A stretch of DNA of 64,000 nucleotides from Marsupella aquatica (taxonomy: Eukaryota; Plantae; Marchantiophyta): assembly GCA_973895155.1 (NCBI GenBank), contig OZ316891.1, positions 23,021,884 to 23,085,883 on the forward strand, given 5' to 3'. The translations under genes were made by a program, and so were the position numbers. A model generated the notes under the pieces. The model did no database searches. It had not been told where the DNA came from and saw only the letters and a program-made list of their open reading frames with translations. Each line of letters opens with the position of its first letter. Position 1 is the first letter of the stretch. Positions 13,121 through 24,203 of this stretch are shown one piece after another.

Positions 13121-16100
13121 TGTGGTGCGTCCCATGGCTCCCTAAACCCAAGAAACCCCCCAGCTCAAGCCGATTCCCGCAGGTTTCGTGCTTGGCGAGG
13201 CCGTTTCCGCGGCTTAGCGGCATGGGACGCTGCTAACCTTCTACTACTACTATTAACATTTTACACACATATACTGGACAGATCCTTCATCGGGTCATGA
13301 GATACGTAGCCGGCCTAATATAGGCCTTCCCCTGTCTTCCCCTGTCTTCCCCTCCGTCTTGTTAGGTATGTTTGGATTCCGCCGCCGGAATGATCCCCAA
13401 TAGGCTTGGTTAAGCCGCTAAGACCTCTCTCAGCTCGACACATCCAACTCTCACTCCCCTGCTTACTTTCCTTCCTTCTGTTGATGTGGGCACTCTTCAC
13501 ACAAGTTAATGCGACACACAAATAGCAAAATGACTCATTCTGACTGAGTCATACCATGCACTTGCCATACAAACAGTACATCTCATACACAAGTTCTGCG
13601 AACTAAGCCGTGAGGCCAACTCTATTCAGCTCTTAGGCATGAGGAAACATGAATATACACAAGGGTCACTATATGACTAACCGAGAGCTTCTCGTACTAC
13701 TTGATCCCAGCCCGGCTGGTGCAAACTAAAAACTTGCTAAAGAAGAGGCCCTGAGCTCCCCGCTGCCCAGGTACTTATCCTGGTAGTGGATCCGCCATTC
13801 TTTGCATCGTAAGCCTAATCTACTTAACAGTAATCTACTTGCCCGAATCTACCTATGTACAGCAAGGCAGGAGCACAAGTGTTGCTCCTACCAGTGGGAC
13901 CGCAATCCCACTAAGCTAAGTGTCAGGGCCGCTCCTGGTTCTGATCCTAATCCTAAACGTGGAGATCCACGCCCGTCCTGCCCACTCACACCTCCTCCCT
14001 CCACGTCCGCCCTCCCTAAAAGGAACGGCGCCCTTGCACCGTCACGACACCGGTGGTGGATCCTTAATGGACGCCCCCAACGCTTCCTCCTCAGCCACTG
14101 CCGTAGGTTCATTCTCTGACAGATTACCTGCCCTTGACTGAGTCAACTCTCCATCGGCCTGACTGGGTCCACCTTCGGCTTCAGCCTCGACACCGGCCTC
14201 GGCAATACCCACGGCTTCGGCCTCAGCCACTCCCTCGGCTTCGGCTTCAGCCACTCCCTCGGCTTCGGCCTCCCCTTCCCCTAGGGTAGTTGGATCCTTA
14301 GCCGTGACCCTGTCTGGGGTCGGTGCTGGGTCTACCTCCTTGATCACCACGGCCTGTGAAGTCGTATTACTCCTTGACCCTGAAAGTTTCCGCTTCTTCT
14401 TCGTTGGTGGCTCGGCAGCTGGTCCCTTCCCCTTCCCACTTACTTCCGGCACTGGTGCAGTTGGCGCGGCTTGTCCTTCGGCAATTACCACCCCTGGTAA
14501 CTGGTTTGTCCCAACGGGAGATGGACCTGCTGCAGCTAAGCATTTAAATACTGCGGCTTGTTTCTTCAGCCGCTCTGTTTGGTTGTCGGCCCGCCGCTGT
14601 AGGTTCTCCATCTTCCTCGTGATTTCCTCCAACTCCTCTTGGGTTTCATCCAGGTCCTTACGTGCCCCCTCCAGCTCGTTTTTGGCCTCCTCCTGCTCCC
14701 TGTGGGCTTCCTCCAATTCCTTCTTCAAGGTAGCCCTCTCCTCCTGGGTTGCTCTTAGCTCCTTGTCGAGCTCTGCAATGATGACAGACTCCATCTGGTT
14801 CATCTTGGCGTAAGTCTGTTCGAGCATCTCGTCCTTCTCCCTTAGGTCGGCCTTGAAGCTGGCCGTCAGGGACGCAAGCTCCTGCTGCAGCGCCATAATC
14901 CCTTGATAGGATTTCCCTAACTCGACCTCCTTCTGCTCAAGGGCTCCGCGGATTTTCTTGAGCTCCCCTTTCAACGCCCATTCCTTTCTTTGGGTCTCCG
15001 CCATGGCCCGGCTGTTGGCTGTTATGTGGGCCTCCTCTGTATTCTTCAGCTCTTGCTTCCACTTCTCCCTCTCTTTGATCGTGTCAGCCAACTCTTCCTG
15101 CGTCTGAGTCAGTTTATCCTTGATATTCTGATTATCAGCCTGCGCGGTGTCCAACTGCCCCTGCATGATGTTCAGCTCATGTCGTTTAATCCGCAGTTCA
15201 TCTTGTGCTTTCTTGGCCGCCCTTAGATCTTCAATCTCGGCTTCCATCCTCCTAAGCCGCCGAATGACCTCGTCCTTCTTGCTTCTCTCTAAAGCCACCG
15301 CTTCTTCTAATTGGTGCTTCTCCAACTGCTCCCTATGGAAAAAGGGTCCTACCTCCAACTCCTCTCCAAAGATGCCGAGCGCAAGTTCCCCACACATCTC
15401 ACCATACTCCATGGCTCTATTCTTAGCGTAGGTGGAGTAAGTAGAAGTGATCGGCATCGCCCATCGTGGCCTCTGCTCCCAAGCCGTCATGCGGATCTCT
15501 TCAATCGTGGCTAGAGGTTTGCTTCCTTTTTCGGCTAGCCGCCTGATGTCCTCCGGCCAATCTCCTCCTGGTAAATCCTTTTCCTTAGCCAGGGCGGCCT
15601 CTTCCTCCTGCTTGATTCGCTCCTGAAATTCCTGCACCGTCTGTTTTATGCCGTCGAAGCTCGGGGGAGCAACATCTGGTGGGGGAGACTCAGGGCTACT
15701 CTGCTGGTTGGGGTCCCCTCGCACTACCCTTGGAAGTGTGGGGACAAACCGGCCACAGGTCCTTACTCCTGGAACGTGATGGTCCGACCCATAGCCGGAA
15801 TTATCATGGTTGCAGTCCTCCACTGCCTCCTCTACCTCTTGGACGTCCGGCTTCTCCCTCTCCTCTTCGTCGGTAGGAGCTTCAGGCAATTCTGCCTCAG
15901 ATTCGGAGCTTGAGGTTCCCACGTACATTCGAACACCTGGCTTGGATTCCGGCCTGATTCTCTCCTTGTCTCCAGCAAAGGGGTTTTCTCTTGTGAGCCG
16001 GTGTAGGCCTACCTCTGTAGTAGTGTCCTGCATTGTTGCCGTTGCCGTTGTTGTTGCCGATGTTGATTTCTTTTCTTTCTCCAGTAGTTTCAGCAGACTC

Positions 16101-17780
16101 TGCATGCCTGGTTGCTGCATCGGCAAGTCTTCCTTCCTGGGCCTAAACACCTGCTCGATCGTAGGACTAACAGGTGGTTGAGGCTTCTCAGCCAACGGCC
16201 TCGGCGTTGGAGCTTCCTCGGGTGCCCTTACCTGCAGGGGAAGTACCGGGGCAAAAGTCTGACTTCTGGCATACCGGCATAACAGCGGCATGTGATAGCC
16301 AAGCCGCGACACGCTCCCCATGCCGATTACCTGCTGCTCCTCCTTTAAGATCTTCTTCAATTGGTTGAGGAGGTACCCGTTGTAGTCCCGGCTTGGGTCT
16401 GGCCTTTCTGCCAGATAGACCTGTGCCTTGCCGATCTCTGCCCTCGGCAAGTTACAATGCATGGTCACCCGCAAGAAGTCGATCATCTCTCCTATGTGCG
16501 GGTTGGTGCAGGTGTTCCGGAAGAAGCCATTCTTCGTTGATGGCCCGGGGAACGACCGGAACTCCTTGTCAGGCAAGGTCTTCCTGGTATCAACTTTGGT
16601 CTTATTGCCTATCGGCAGGCCAAACACTTCGGCAATTACCTTGGGAGTAAGATAGAAATCCTTCCCATATATCCTCGTGCAATTGGTCTCGGGTTCCCAT
16701 GACCCCACGAATTCTAATAGGTCTGACTCCGGTACCTCCGGCTTCAGCCATGGTAATCTTACAAAGGCCTCCAAGCCGGATCCGGCCATGAAGCCTTGGT
16801 ACTTCTTGGTCTGCATGGCCGTAAAGCATGCATCCTCCTCCCGTGCAAAATGTAGTTGCACCTCCACCGGTAGGGTTGCCGCCCAGCCCTTCCAGGTGTC
16901 ATCCCTGGTTGGAATGGCCTTGATGGGATTGACCTCCTCCTCTTCGGCTTCTCCCTGCCTCCTGCTCTGCTGCTCGGCTGGCTTCTTTGGTGCCGCCGAC
17001 CTCGTTCTTTTTGCCGGGGTGGCTTCATCGTTGACGGCTCCCTTCCTCTTCATCTCTGCTGCCGTGGAGGTTTCTCCTAGCACCGTTGCCCGGGTCCACC
17101 TTTCCGTGCTACCCTTTAATTCCCAGTGTATGTCGTTGCAGTTCTTGATGGCCTCTCGGATGCCGACGACGTTGTCTTTGCAAAACAGAAGATCGTCGAG
17201 TTGATTGGAAGTAGGCGTCCACAGGAACTCGTCCTTGATGAGTTCGCCTCCTAAGAAAGCCGTCTTCTGCAGCTCCCACAATCGAGCGAGCTCCTGCCGT
17301 TCTCGAGCTGCCCTTTCTGATTCCTTGTCCTCGTAAGTCTTGATGTACTCAGTTGCCCGTTCGAACAGGCATCCCCAGAAATGTGCCGCTTGATTGACGT
17401 TGCTCATACCCTCCTTAGGTTGATCGTCGGTATCTACTCTCTCCCCGAGTGCTTGCCTAAGCAGCTGACAGTAGTTGGCCTCCCGTAGTCGTCTGCCTAG
17501 TTCGTGCTCGCAAATGAGCCACCATCTCCTGCAAGCGCTCCTTACCCCTCTCCTCTGCCGGTCCTTCTTCCCGTTGATCCTTCCTAGCCGCCGACGCTTA
17601 ACGCGCCCTAACCCTAATCGGGTTTTCACCCTCAGCCTTACCTCCGGCCTCTGCCCGGGTTCCATGGTTGCCCCTAATTGTTTATATTTTCCTTGTTTTG
17701 TCACTATACTAAGGTGTTCCTAGGGTGCCTTCCTGCTTTACCCACTTAACCGGCCGAGTGATTCCTGTCTAGGCATCACA
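13121..17780 (-). repeat. 3' LTR (4660 bp)
   Basis: TGTGGTG...CATCACA, adjacent to the PPT. Confidence 0.95.
14042..17665 (-). CDS. LTR-encoded ~1207-aa protein with a plant-transposon accessory-ORF-like central domain and a long C-terminal coiled coil
   Basis: Uninterrupted ORF from the first ATG (MEPGQRPE); the track start at 17704 is GTG. Contains LEFVGSW...IYGKDFYLTPKVIAEVFGLP and E/K/R heptad-rich C-terminal third. Open in three copies. Confidence 0.85.
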   Translation of the reverse strand: MEPGQRPEVRLRVKTRLGLGRVKRRRLGRINGKKDRQRRGVRSACRRWWLICEHELGRRLREANYCQLLRQALGERVDTDDQPKEGMSNVNQAAHFWGCLFERATEYIKTYEDKESERAARERQELARLWELQKTAFLGGELIKDEFLWTPTSNQLDDLLFCKDNVVGIREAIKNCNDIHWELKGSTERWTRATVLGETSTAAEMKRKGAVNDEATPAKRTRSAAPKKPAEQQSRRQGEAEEEEVNPIKAIPTRDDTWKGWAATLPVEVQLHFAREEDACFTAMQTKKYQGFMAGSGLEAFVRLPWLKPEVPESDLLEFVGSWEPETNCTRIYGKDFYLTPKVIAEVFGLPIGNKTKVDTRKTLPDKEFRSFPGPSTKNGFFRNTCTNPHIGEMIDFLRVTMHCNLPRAEIGKAQVYLAERPDPSRDYNGYLLNQLKKILKEEQQVIGMGSVSRLGYHMPLLCRYARSQTFAPVLPLQVRAPEEAPTPRPLAEKPQPPVSPTIEQVFRPRKEDLPMQQPGMQSLLKLLEKEKKSTSATTTATATMQDTTTEVGLHRLTRENPFAGDKERIRPESKPGVRMYVGTSSSESEAELPEAPTDEEEREKPDVQEVEEAVEDCNHDNSGYGSDHHVPGVRTCGRFVPTLPRVVRGDPNQQSSPESPPPDVAPPSFDGIKQTVQEFQERIKQEEEAALAKEKDLPGGDWPEDIRRLAEKGSKPLATIEEIRMTAWEQRPRWAMPITSTYSTYAKNRAMEYGEMCGELALGIFGEELEVGPFFHREQLEKHQLEEAVALERSKKDEVIRRLRRMEAEIEDLRAAKKAQDELRIKRHELNIMQGQLDTAQADNQNIKDKLTQTQEELADTIKEREKWKQELKNTEEAHITANSRAMAETQRKEWALKGELKKIRGALEQKEVELGKSYQGIMALQQELASLTASFKADLREKDEMLEQTYAKMNQMESVIIAELDKELRATQEERATLKKELEEAHREQEEAKNELEGARKDLDETQEELEEITRKMENLQRRADNQTERLKKQAAVFKCLAAAGPSPVGTNQLPGVVIAEGQAAPTAPVPEVSGKGKGPAAEPPTKKKRKLSGSRSNTTSQAVVIKEVDPAPTPDRVTAKDPTTLGEGEAEAEGVAEAEAEGVAEAEAVGIAEAGVEAEAEGGPSQADGELTQSRAGNLSENEPTAVAEEEALGASIKDPPPVS

Positions 17781-19498
17781 CCATCCCACCTTTCCTTCCT
17801 TCTGGTAGATCGAGTAGAGACCCGGTAGCAATCATGATCTAAATCCTCCTCTGAGAAGGTTGATAGGGCTTCGGCCTCATCATCAGATGGTACGAACTCT
17901 GCCTCGGCATCCTCTTGCCATCCTAGTTCGATGTGGTTGATTTGAACTCCTCCGGGGGTAGTACCTGGCGGTAAGATCTTGATCGGCAAAAGCTTATGAT
18001 TTGCGGCCAGGCCTGCCAACCAAGTAGGACATTGCCCTAGCATATGACCTTCCTGTCGGCATCCCATACATAGCTGAGCTGGTTGTCCATCACCCTGTTT
18101 GCGTGCATTCGGGCATTCTCTAGCAAAATGGCCAGGTTGACCACAATTATAGCACGCCGCAAATCTTTGCACATTCGGCCTAGGAGGTACTGACGGGTTC
18201 TGAATAATCCGAGGATACATCTCTCCTGGATTGTTCCTTAACCCTGACCACAGAGATGCAGGTCTGTTGGATAGGTCTCGTGCTCCAGTCTCACTGATGC
18301 CGAAAACACTATCAGCGGCATCTCCCAAAAAGTACTCTACTTCTCCCTGACATGGTCTGATCTCGGCCACATGCCGAACATGATTAGTATTAAGCTTAGG
18401 ACACGCATCTTTATGGTGTCCGGGTTTATAACATAAGGCACACCATACAGAGCTATCCTCCTGTACTACCTTCTTCTTTGGTTTTACCTCTGCAATGATA
18501 GCCTTAAGTTGCTCGGTAAGGGCTACGATGTTATCTGGTGGCTTAGCCTCCATCTTGACTTTCGTCTTCCCTCTCCTTCTGCCCTTCCTTTTCCTAGTTT
18601 TTTCTTCTTCAGAACTAGAAGATGACTCACTCTTGCTACTCCCACTATCCGAGCTTGACTTATCACTTCTAGACTTCTTGGAATGTTTCTTCTTCTTATC
18701 TTTTTTCTTATGGGGTGATCCCTCCTCTGATGAGGAACTCTCAGACTTAAGCTGTTTCTTCCGGCTTGTGATATCTGCATTAATGTATAATTGAATATCC
18801 TTAATTGCTTCGGCTAAAGTCTCCGGGTTCTCCTTCCTAATTGCAAAACTCATCTTCTGTGGCAAAGCATTCACCAACCATTGAAGTTGCATACCTTCAG
18901 ATGCATTGGTCTTTGTACGTCTTACCAGTTTCTGAAAGCGTTGCAAGAACTTCCTGAAGGATTTGTTCTCCTTGAACCGAAGTTGTCCCAACTTCAGCAC
19001 TGCTAGTTCTGAAGTTCCAATGGGTCAAAACTCCTTAACAAAGAGTGTTTTGAAGATATCCCAGATGGCTTGATCTTCCACATCTAATGCTCTGTACCAA
19101 GGCCTAGCCTCACCCTTGAACAGGCCGGGAAGAATCTGCATCTTGATGGCCGATTCTCCATTTGCTGCAGCGGTTCCCTCGAAATCATCCAACCATTCGT
19201 CCGGATCCTCATCTCCTCTCCCATGAAATGCCTTGTAATGTATGCGCGACCGCTGGCTCAATCTGGTCCCTGGCCTCTCGTCTGGCCGTGCCTCTGGTTC
19301 CCCCATGTCGGTTGGAGACTCACTTCTCCTTACCGACTCTTCTTCTGGTATGTCTTCTTCGACGCCACTTCCAGTTTCGGAGCTACCAGCTCTTTCTGCC
19401 CCTCTCAGTCGCTGTGTATCATGCCACCCGGCGAGCTGCTGCAGTCGAGCTCTCTCCCGTTGAATCACTCTTTCTTCCCTCGGCGTAAGGTCAGTCAT
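17738..19498 (-). CDS. gag: Gag (capsid plus three CCHC zinc knuckles), one in-frame TGA at 19025-19027
   Basis: FHGRGDEDPDEWLDDFE capsid motif. Knuckles CALCYKPGHHKDAC, CYNCGQPGHFAREC and CMGCRQEGHMLGQC. The two track ORFs share one frame. Confidence 0.9.
17781..17803 (-). other. Polypurine tract
   Basis: AGAAGGAAGGAAAGGTGGGATGG on the minus strand immediately before the 3' LTR. Confidence 0.85.
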
Positions 19499-19546
19499 TA
19501 CCTACGCTTCCGTTCTAACTTCATATCTCACGGCTTAAGAAATGCC

Positions 19547-19563
19547 CCCTCCATCTAGCGCCA
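19547..19563 (-). other. Primer binding site, complementary to the 3' end of plant tRNA-Asn(GUU)
   Basis: TGGCGCTAGATGGAGGG lies 4 nt after the 5' LTR. Plant tRNA-Asn ends ...CCCTCCTTCTAGCG-CCA (recalled sequence; one mismatch). Confidence 0.8.
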
Positions 19564-19567
19564 AAAA

Positions 19568-22500
19568 TGTGGTGCGTCCCATGGCTCCCTAAACCCAAGA
19601 AACCCCCCAGCTCAAGCCGATTCCCGCAGGTTTCGTGCTTGGCGAGGCCATTTCCGCGGCTTAGCGGCATGGGACGCTGCTAACCTTCTACTACTACTAT
19701 TAACATTTTACACACATATACTGGACAGATCCTTCATCGGGTCATGAGATACGTAGCCGGCCTAATATAGGCCTTCCCCTGTCTTCCCCTGTCTTCCCCT
19801 CCGTCTTGTTAGGTATGTTTGGATTCCGCCGCCGGAATGATCCCCAATAGGCTTGGTTAAGCCGCTAAGACCTCTCTCAGCTCGACACATCCAACTCTCA
19901 CTCCCCTGCTTACTTTCCTTCCTTCTGTTGATGTGGGCACTCTTCACACAAGTTAATGCGACACACAAATAGCAAAATGACTCATTCTGACTGAGTCATA
20001 CCATGCACTTGCCATACAAACAGTACATCTCATACACAAGTTCTGCGAACTAAGCCGTGAGGCCAACTCTATTCAGCTCTTAGGCATGAGGAAACATGAA
20101 TATACACAAGGGTCACTGTATGACTAACCGAGAGCTTCTCGTACTACTTGATCCCAGCCCGGCTGGTGCAAACTAAAAACTTGCTAAAGAAGAGGCCCTG
20201 AGCTCCCCGCTGCCCAGGTACTTATCCTGGTAGTGGATCCGCCATTCTTTGCATCGTAAGCCTAATCTACTTAACAGTAATCTACTTGCCCGAATCTACC
20301 TATGTACAGCAAGGCAGGAGCACAAGTGTTGCTCCTACCAGTGGGACCGCAATCCCACTAAGCTAAGTGTCAGGGCCGCTCCTGGTTCTGATCCTAATCC
20401 TAAACGTGGAGATCCGCGCCCGCCCTGCCCACTCACGCCTCCTCCCTCCACGTCCGCCCTCCCTAAAAGGAACGGCGCCCTTGCACCGTCACGACACCGG
20501 TGGTGGATCCTTAATGGACGCCCCCAACGCTTCCTCCTCAGCCACTGCCGTAGGTTCATTCTCTGACAAATTACCTGCCCTTGACTGAGTCAACTCTCCA
20601 TCGGCCTGACTGGGTCCACCTTCGGCTTCAGCCTCGACACCGGCCTCGGCAATACCCACGGCTTCGGCCTCAGCCACTCCCTCGGCTTCGGCCTCCCCTT
20701 CCCCTAGGGTAGTTGGATCCCTAGCCGTGACCCTGTCTGGGGTCGGTGCTGGGTCTACCTCCTTGATCACCACGGCCTGTGAAGTCGTATTACTCCTTGA
20801 CCCTGAAGGTTTCCGCTTCTTCTTCGTTGGTGGCTCGGCAGCTGGTCCCTTCCCCTTCCCACTTACTTCCGGCACTGGTGCAGTTGGCGCGGCTTGTCCT
20901 TCGGCAATTACCACCCCTGGTAACTGGTTTGTCCCAACGGGAGATGGACCTGCTGCAGCTAAGCATTTAAATACTGCGGCTTGTTTCTTCAGCCGCTCTG
21001 TTTGGTTGTCGGCCCGCCGCTGTAGGTTCTCCATCTTCCTCGTGATTTCCTCCAACTCCTCTTGGGTTTCATCCAGGTCCTTACGTGCCCCCTCCAGCTC
21101 GTTTTTGGCCTCCTCCTGCTCCCTGTGGGCTTCCTCCAATTCCTTCTTCAAGGTAGCCCTCTCCTCCTGGGTTGCTCTTAGCTCCTTGTCGAGCTCTGCA
21201 ATGATGACAGACTCCATCTGGTTCATCTTGGCGTAAGTCTGTTCGAGCATCTCGTCCTTCTCCCTTAGGTCGGCCTTGAAGCTGGCCGTCAGGGACGCAA
21301 GCTCCTGCTGCAGCGCCATAATCCCTTGATAGGATTTCCCTAACTCGACCTCCTTCTGCTCAAGGGCTCCGCGGATTTTCTCGAGCTCCCCTTTCAACGC
21401 CCATTCCTTTCTTTGGGTCTCCGCCATGGCCCGGCTGTTGGCTGTTATGTGGGCCTCCTCTGTATTCTTCAGCTCTTGCTTCCACTTCTCCCTCTCTTTG
21501 ATCGTGTCGGCCAACTCTTCCTGCGTCTGAGTCAGTTTATCCTTGATATTCTGATTATCAGCCTGCGCGGTGTCCAACTGCCCCTGCATGATGTTCAGCT
21601 CATGTCGTTTAATCCGCAGTTCATCTTGGGCTTTCTTGGCCGCCCTTAGATCTTCAATCTCGGCTTCCATCCTCCTAAGCCGCCGAATGACCTCGTCCTT
21701 CTTGCTTCTCTCTAAAGCCACCGCTTCTTCTAATTGGTGCTTCTCCAACTGCTCCCTATGGAAAAAGGGTCCTACCTCCAACTCCTCTCCAAAGATGCCG
21801 AGCGCAAGTTCCCCACACATCTCACCATACTCCATGGCTCTATTCTTAGCGTAGGTGGAGTAAGTAGAAGTGATCGGCATCGCCCATCGTGGCCTCTGCT
21901 CCCAAGCCGTCCTGCGGATCTCTTCAATCGTGGCTAGAGGTTTGCTTCCTTTTTCGGCTAGCCGCCTGATGTCCTCCGGCCAATCTCCTCCTGGTAAATC
22001 CTTTTCCTTAGCCAGGGCGGCCTCCTCCTCCTGCTTGATTCGCTCCTGAAATTCCTGCACCGTCTGTTTTATGCTGTCGAAGCTCGGGGGAGCAACATCT
22101 GGTGGGAGAGACTCAGGGCTACTCTGCTGGTTGGGGTCCCCTCGCACTACCCTTGGAAGTGTGGGGACAAACCGGCCACAGGTCCTTACTCCTGGAACGT
22201 GATGGTCCGACCCATAGCCGGAATTATCATGGCTGCAGTCCTCCACTGCCTCCTCTACCTCTTGGACGTCCGGCTTCTCCCTCTCCTCTTCGTTGGTAGG
22301 AGCTTCAGGCAATTCTGCCTCAGATTCGGAGCTTGAGGTTCCCACGTACATTCGAACACCTGGCTTGGATTCCGGCCTGATTCTCTCCTTGTCTCCAGCA
22401 AAGGGGTTTTCTCTTGTGAGCCGGTGTAGGCCTACCTCTGTAGTAGTGTCCTGCATTGTTGCCGTTGCCGTTGTTGTTGCCGATGTTGATTTCTTTTCTT

Positions 22501-24203
22501 TCTCCTGTAGTTTCAGCAGACTCTGCATGCCTGGTTGCTGCATCGGCAAGTCTTCCTTCCTGGGCCTAAACACCTGCTCGATCGTAGGACTAACAGGTGG
22601 TTGAGGCTTCTCAGCCAACGGCCTCGGCGTTGGAGCTTCCTCGGGTGCCCTTACCTGCAGGGGAAGTACCGGGGCAAAAGTCTGACCTCTGGCATACCGG
22701 CACAACAGCGGCATGTGATAGCCAAGCCGCGACACGCTCCCCATGCCGATTACCTGCTGCTCCTCCTTTAAGATCTTCTTCAATTGGTTGAGGAGGTACC
22801 CGTTGTAGTCCCGGCTTGGGTCTGGCCTTTCTGCCAGATAGACCTGTGCCTTGCCGATCTCTGCCCTCGGCAAGTTACAATGCATGGTCACCCGCAAGAA
22901 GTCGATCATCTCTCCTATGTGCGGGTTGGTGCAGGTGTTCCGGAAGAAGCCATTCTTCGTTGATGGCCCGGGGAACGACCGGAACTCCTTGTCAGGCAAG
23001 GTCTTCCTGGTATCAACTTTGGTCTTATTGCCTATCGGCAAGCCAAACACTTCGGCAATTACCTTGGGAGTAAGATAGAAATCCTTCCCATATATCCTCG
23101 TGCAATTGGTCTCGAGTTCCCATGACCCCACGAATTCTAATAGGTCTGACTCCAGTACCTCCGACTTCAGCCATGGTAATCTTACAAAGGCCTCCAAGCC
23201 GGATCCGGCCATGAAGCCTTGGTACTTCTTGGTCTGCATGGCCGTAAAGCATGCATCCTCCTCCCGTGCAAAATGTAGTTGCACCTCCACCGGTAGGGTT
23301 GCCGCCCAGCCCTTCCAGGTGTCATCCCTGGTTGGAATGGCCTTGATGGGATCGACCTCCTCCTCTTCGGCTTCTCCCTGCCTCCTGCTCTGCTGCTCGG
23401 CTGGCCTCTTTGGTGCCGCCGACCTCGTTCTTTTTGTCGGGGTGGCTTCATCGTTGACGGCCCCCTTCCTCTTCATCTCTGCTGCCGTGGAGGTTTCTCC
23501 TAGCACCGTTGCCTGGGTCCACCTTTCCGTGCTACCCTTTAATTCCCAGTGTATGTCGTTGCAGTTCTTGATGGCCTCTCGGATGCCGACGACGTTGTCT
23601 TTGCAAAACAGAAGATCGTCGAGTTGATTGGAAGTAGGCGTCCACAGGAACTCGTCCTTGATGAGTTCGCCTCCTAAGAAAGCCGTCTTCTGCAGCTCCC
23701 AGAATCGAGCGAGCTCCTGCCGTTCTCGAGCTGCCCTTTCTGACTCCTCGTCCTCGTAATTCTTGATGTACTCAGTTGCCCGTTCGAACAGGCATCCCCA
23801 GAAATGTGCCGCTTGATTGACGTTGCTCATACCCTCCTTAGGTCGATCGTCGGTATCTATTCTCTCCCCGAGTGCTTGCCTAAGCAGCTGACAGTAGTTG
23901 GCCTCCCGTAGTCGTCTGCCTAGTTCGTGCTCGCAAATGAGCCACCATCTCCTGCAAGCGCTCCTTACCCCTCTCCTCTGCCGGTCCTTCTTCCCGTTGA
24001 TCCTTCCTAGCCGCCGACGCTTAACGCGCCCTAACCCTAATCGGGTTTTCACCCTCAGCCTTACCTCCGGCCTCTGCCCGGGTTCCATGGTTGCCCCTAA
24101 TTGTTTATATTTTCCTTGTTTTGTCCCTATACTAAGGTGTTCCTAGGGTGCCTTCCTGCTTTACCCACTTAACCGGCCGAGTGATTCCTGTCTAGGCATC
24201 ACA
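19568..24203 (-). repeat. 5' LTR (4636 bp)
   Basis: Near-identical to 13121-17780 apart from scattered substitutions and one 24-bp indel in the GVAEAEAE repeat. Confidence 0.95.
20489..24088 (-). CDS. LTR-encoded 1199-aa coiled-coil protein (5' LTR copy)
   Basis: Intact ORF nearly identical to 14042-17665. Confidence 0.85.
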   Translation of the reverse strand: MEPGQRPEVRLRVKTRLGLGRVKRRRLGRINGKKDRQRRGVRSACRRWWLICEHELGRRLREANYCQLLRQALGERIDTDDRPKEGMSNVNQAAHFWGCLFERATEYIKNYEDEESERAARERQELARFWELQKTAFLGGELIKDEFLWTPTSNQLDDLLFCKDNVVGIREAIKNCNDIHWELKGSTERWTQATVLGETSTAAEMKRKGAVNDEATPTKRTRSAAPKRPAEQQSRRQGEAEEEEVDPIKAIPTRDDTWKGWAATLPVEVQLHFAREEDACFTAMQTKKYQGFMAGSGLEAFVRLPWLKSEVLESDLLEFVGSWELETNCTRIYGKDFYLTPKVIAEVFGLPIGNKTKVDTRKTLPDKEFRSFPGPSTKNGFFRNTCTNPHIGEMIDFLRVTMHCNLPRAEIGKAQVYLAERPDPSRDYNGYLLNQLKKILKEEQQVIGMGSVSRLGYHMPLLCRYARGQTFAPVLPLQVRAPEEAPTPRPLAEKPQPPVSPTIEQVFRPRKEDLPMQQPGMQSLLKLQEKEKKSTSATTTATATMQDTTTEVGLHRLTRENPFAGDKERIRPESKPGVRMYVGTSSSESEAELPEAPTNEEEREKPDVQEVEEAVEDCSHDNSGYGSDHHVPGVRTCGRFVPTLPRVVRGDPNQQSSPESLPPDVAPPSFDSIKQTVQEFQERIKQEEEAALAKEKDLPGGDWPEDIRRLAEKGSKPLATIEEIRRTAWEQRPRWAMPITSTYSTYAKNRAMEYGEMCGELALGIFGEELEVGPFFHREQLEKHQLEEAVALERSKKDEVIRRLRRMEAEIEDLRAAKKAQDELRIKRHELNIMQGQLDTAQADNQNIKDKLTQTQEELADTIKEREKWKQELKNTEEAHITANSRAMAETQRKEWALKGELEKIRGALEQKEVELGKSYQGIMALQQELASLTASFKADLREKDEMLEQTYAKMNQMESVIIAELDKELRATQEERATLKKELEEAHREQEEAKNELEGARKDLDETQEELEEITRKMENLQRRADNQTERLKKQAAVFKCLAAAGPSPVGTNQLPGVVIAEGQAAPTAPVPEVSGKGKGPAAEPPTKKKRKPSGSRSNTTSQAVVIKEVDPAPTPDRVTARDPTTLGEGEAEAEGVAEAEAVGIAEAGVEAEAEGGPSQADGELTQSRAGNLSENEPTAVAEEEALGASIKDPPPVS

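Larger units (their letters stand above)
13121..24203 (-). mobile_element. Non-autonomous (gag-only) Ty3/gypsy-like LTR retrotransposon with 4.6-kb LTRs
   Basis: Two near-identical TG...CA direct repeats. 5-bp TSD CCTAG at 13116-13120 and 24204-24208. PBS, PPT and gag lie in a 1787-bp internal region. Confidence 0.95.

Noticed and set aside
14042-17665. LTR ORF as a retroviral env or a host myosin/SMC gene
   Set aside because: No signal peptide or transmembrane segment and no motor or Walker motifs seen; only generic coiled coil.
14304-17723. Numerous plus-strand Ser/Leu-rich ORFs (and their copies at 20.7-24.1 kb and 52-55.7 kb)
   Set aside because: Antisense shadows of the E/K-rich LTR ORF.
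13121-24203. Tandem segmental duplication or assembly artefact
   Set aside because: TSD, PBS, PPT, TG/CA ends, inter-copy differences and an independent solo LTR with identical boundaries support true LTRs.
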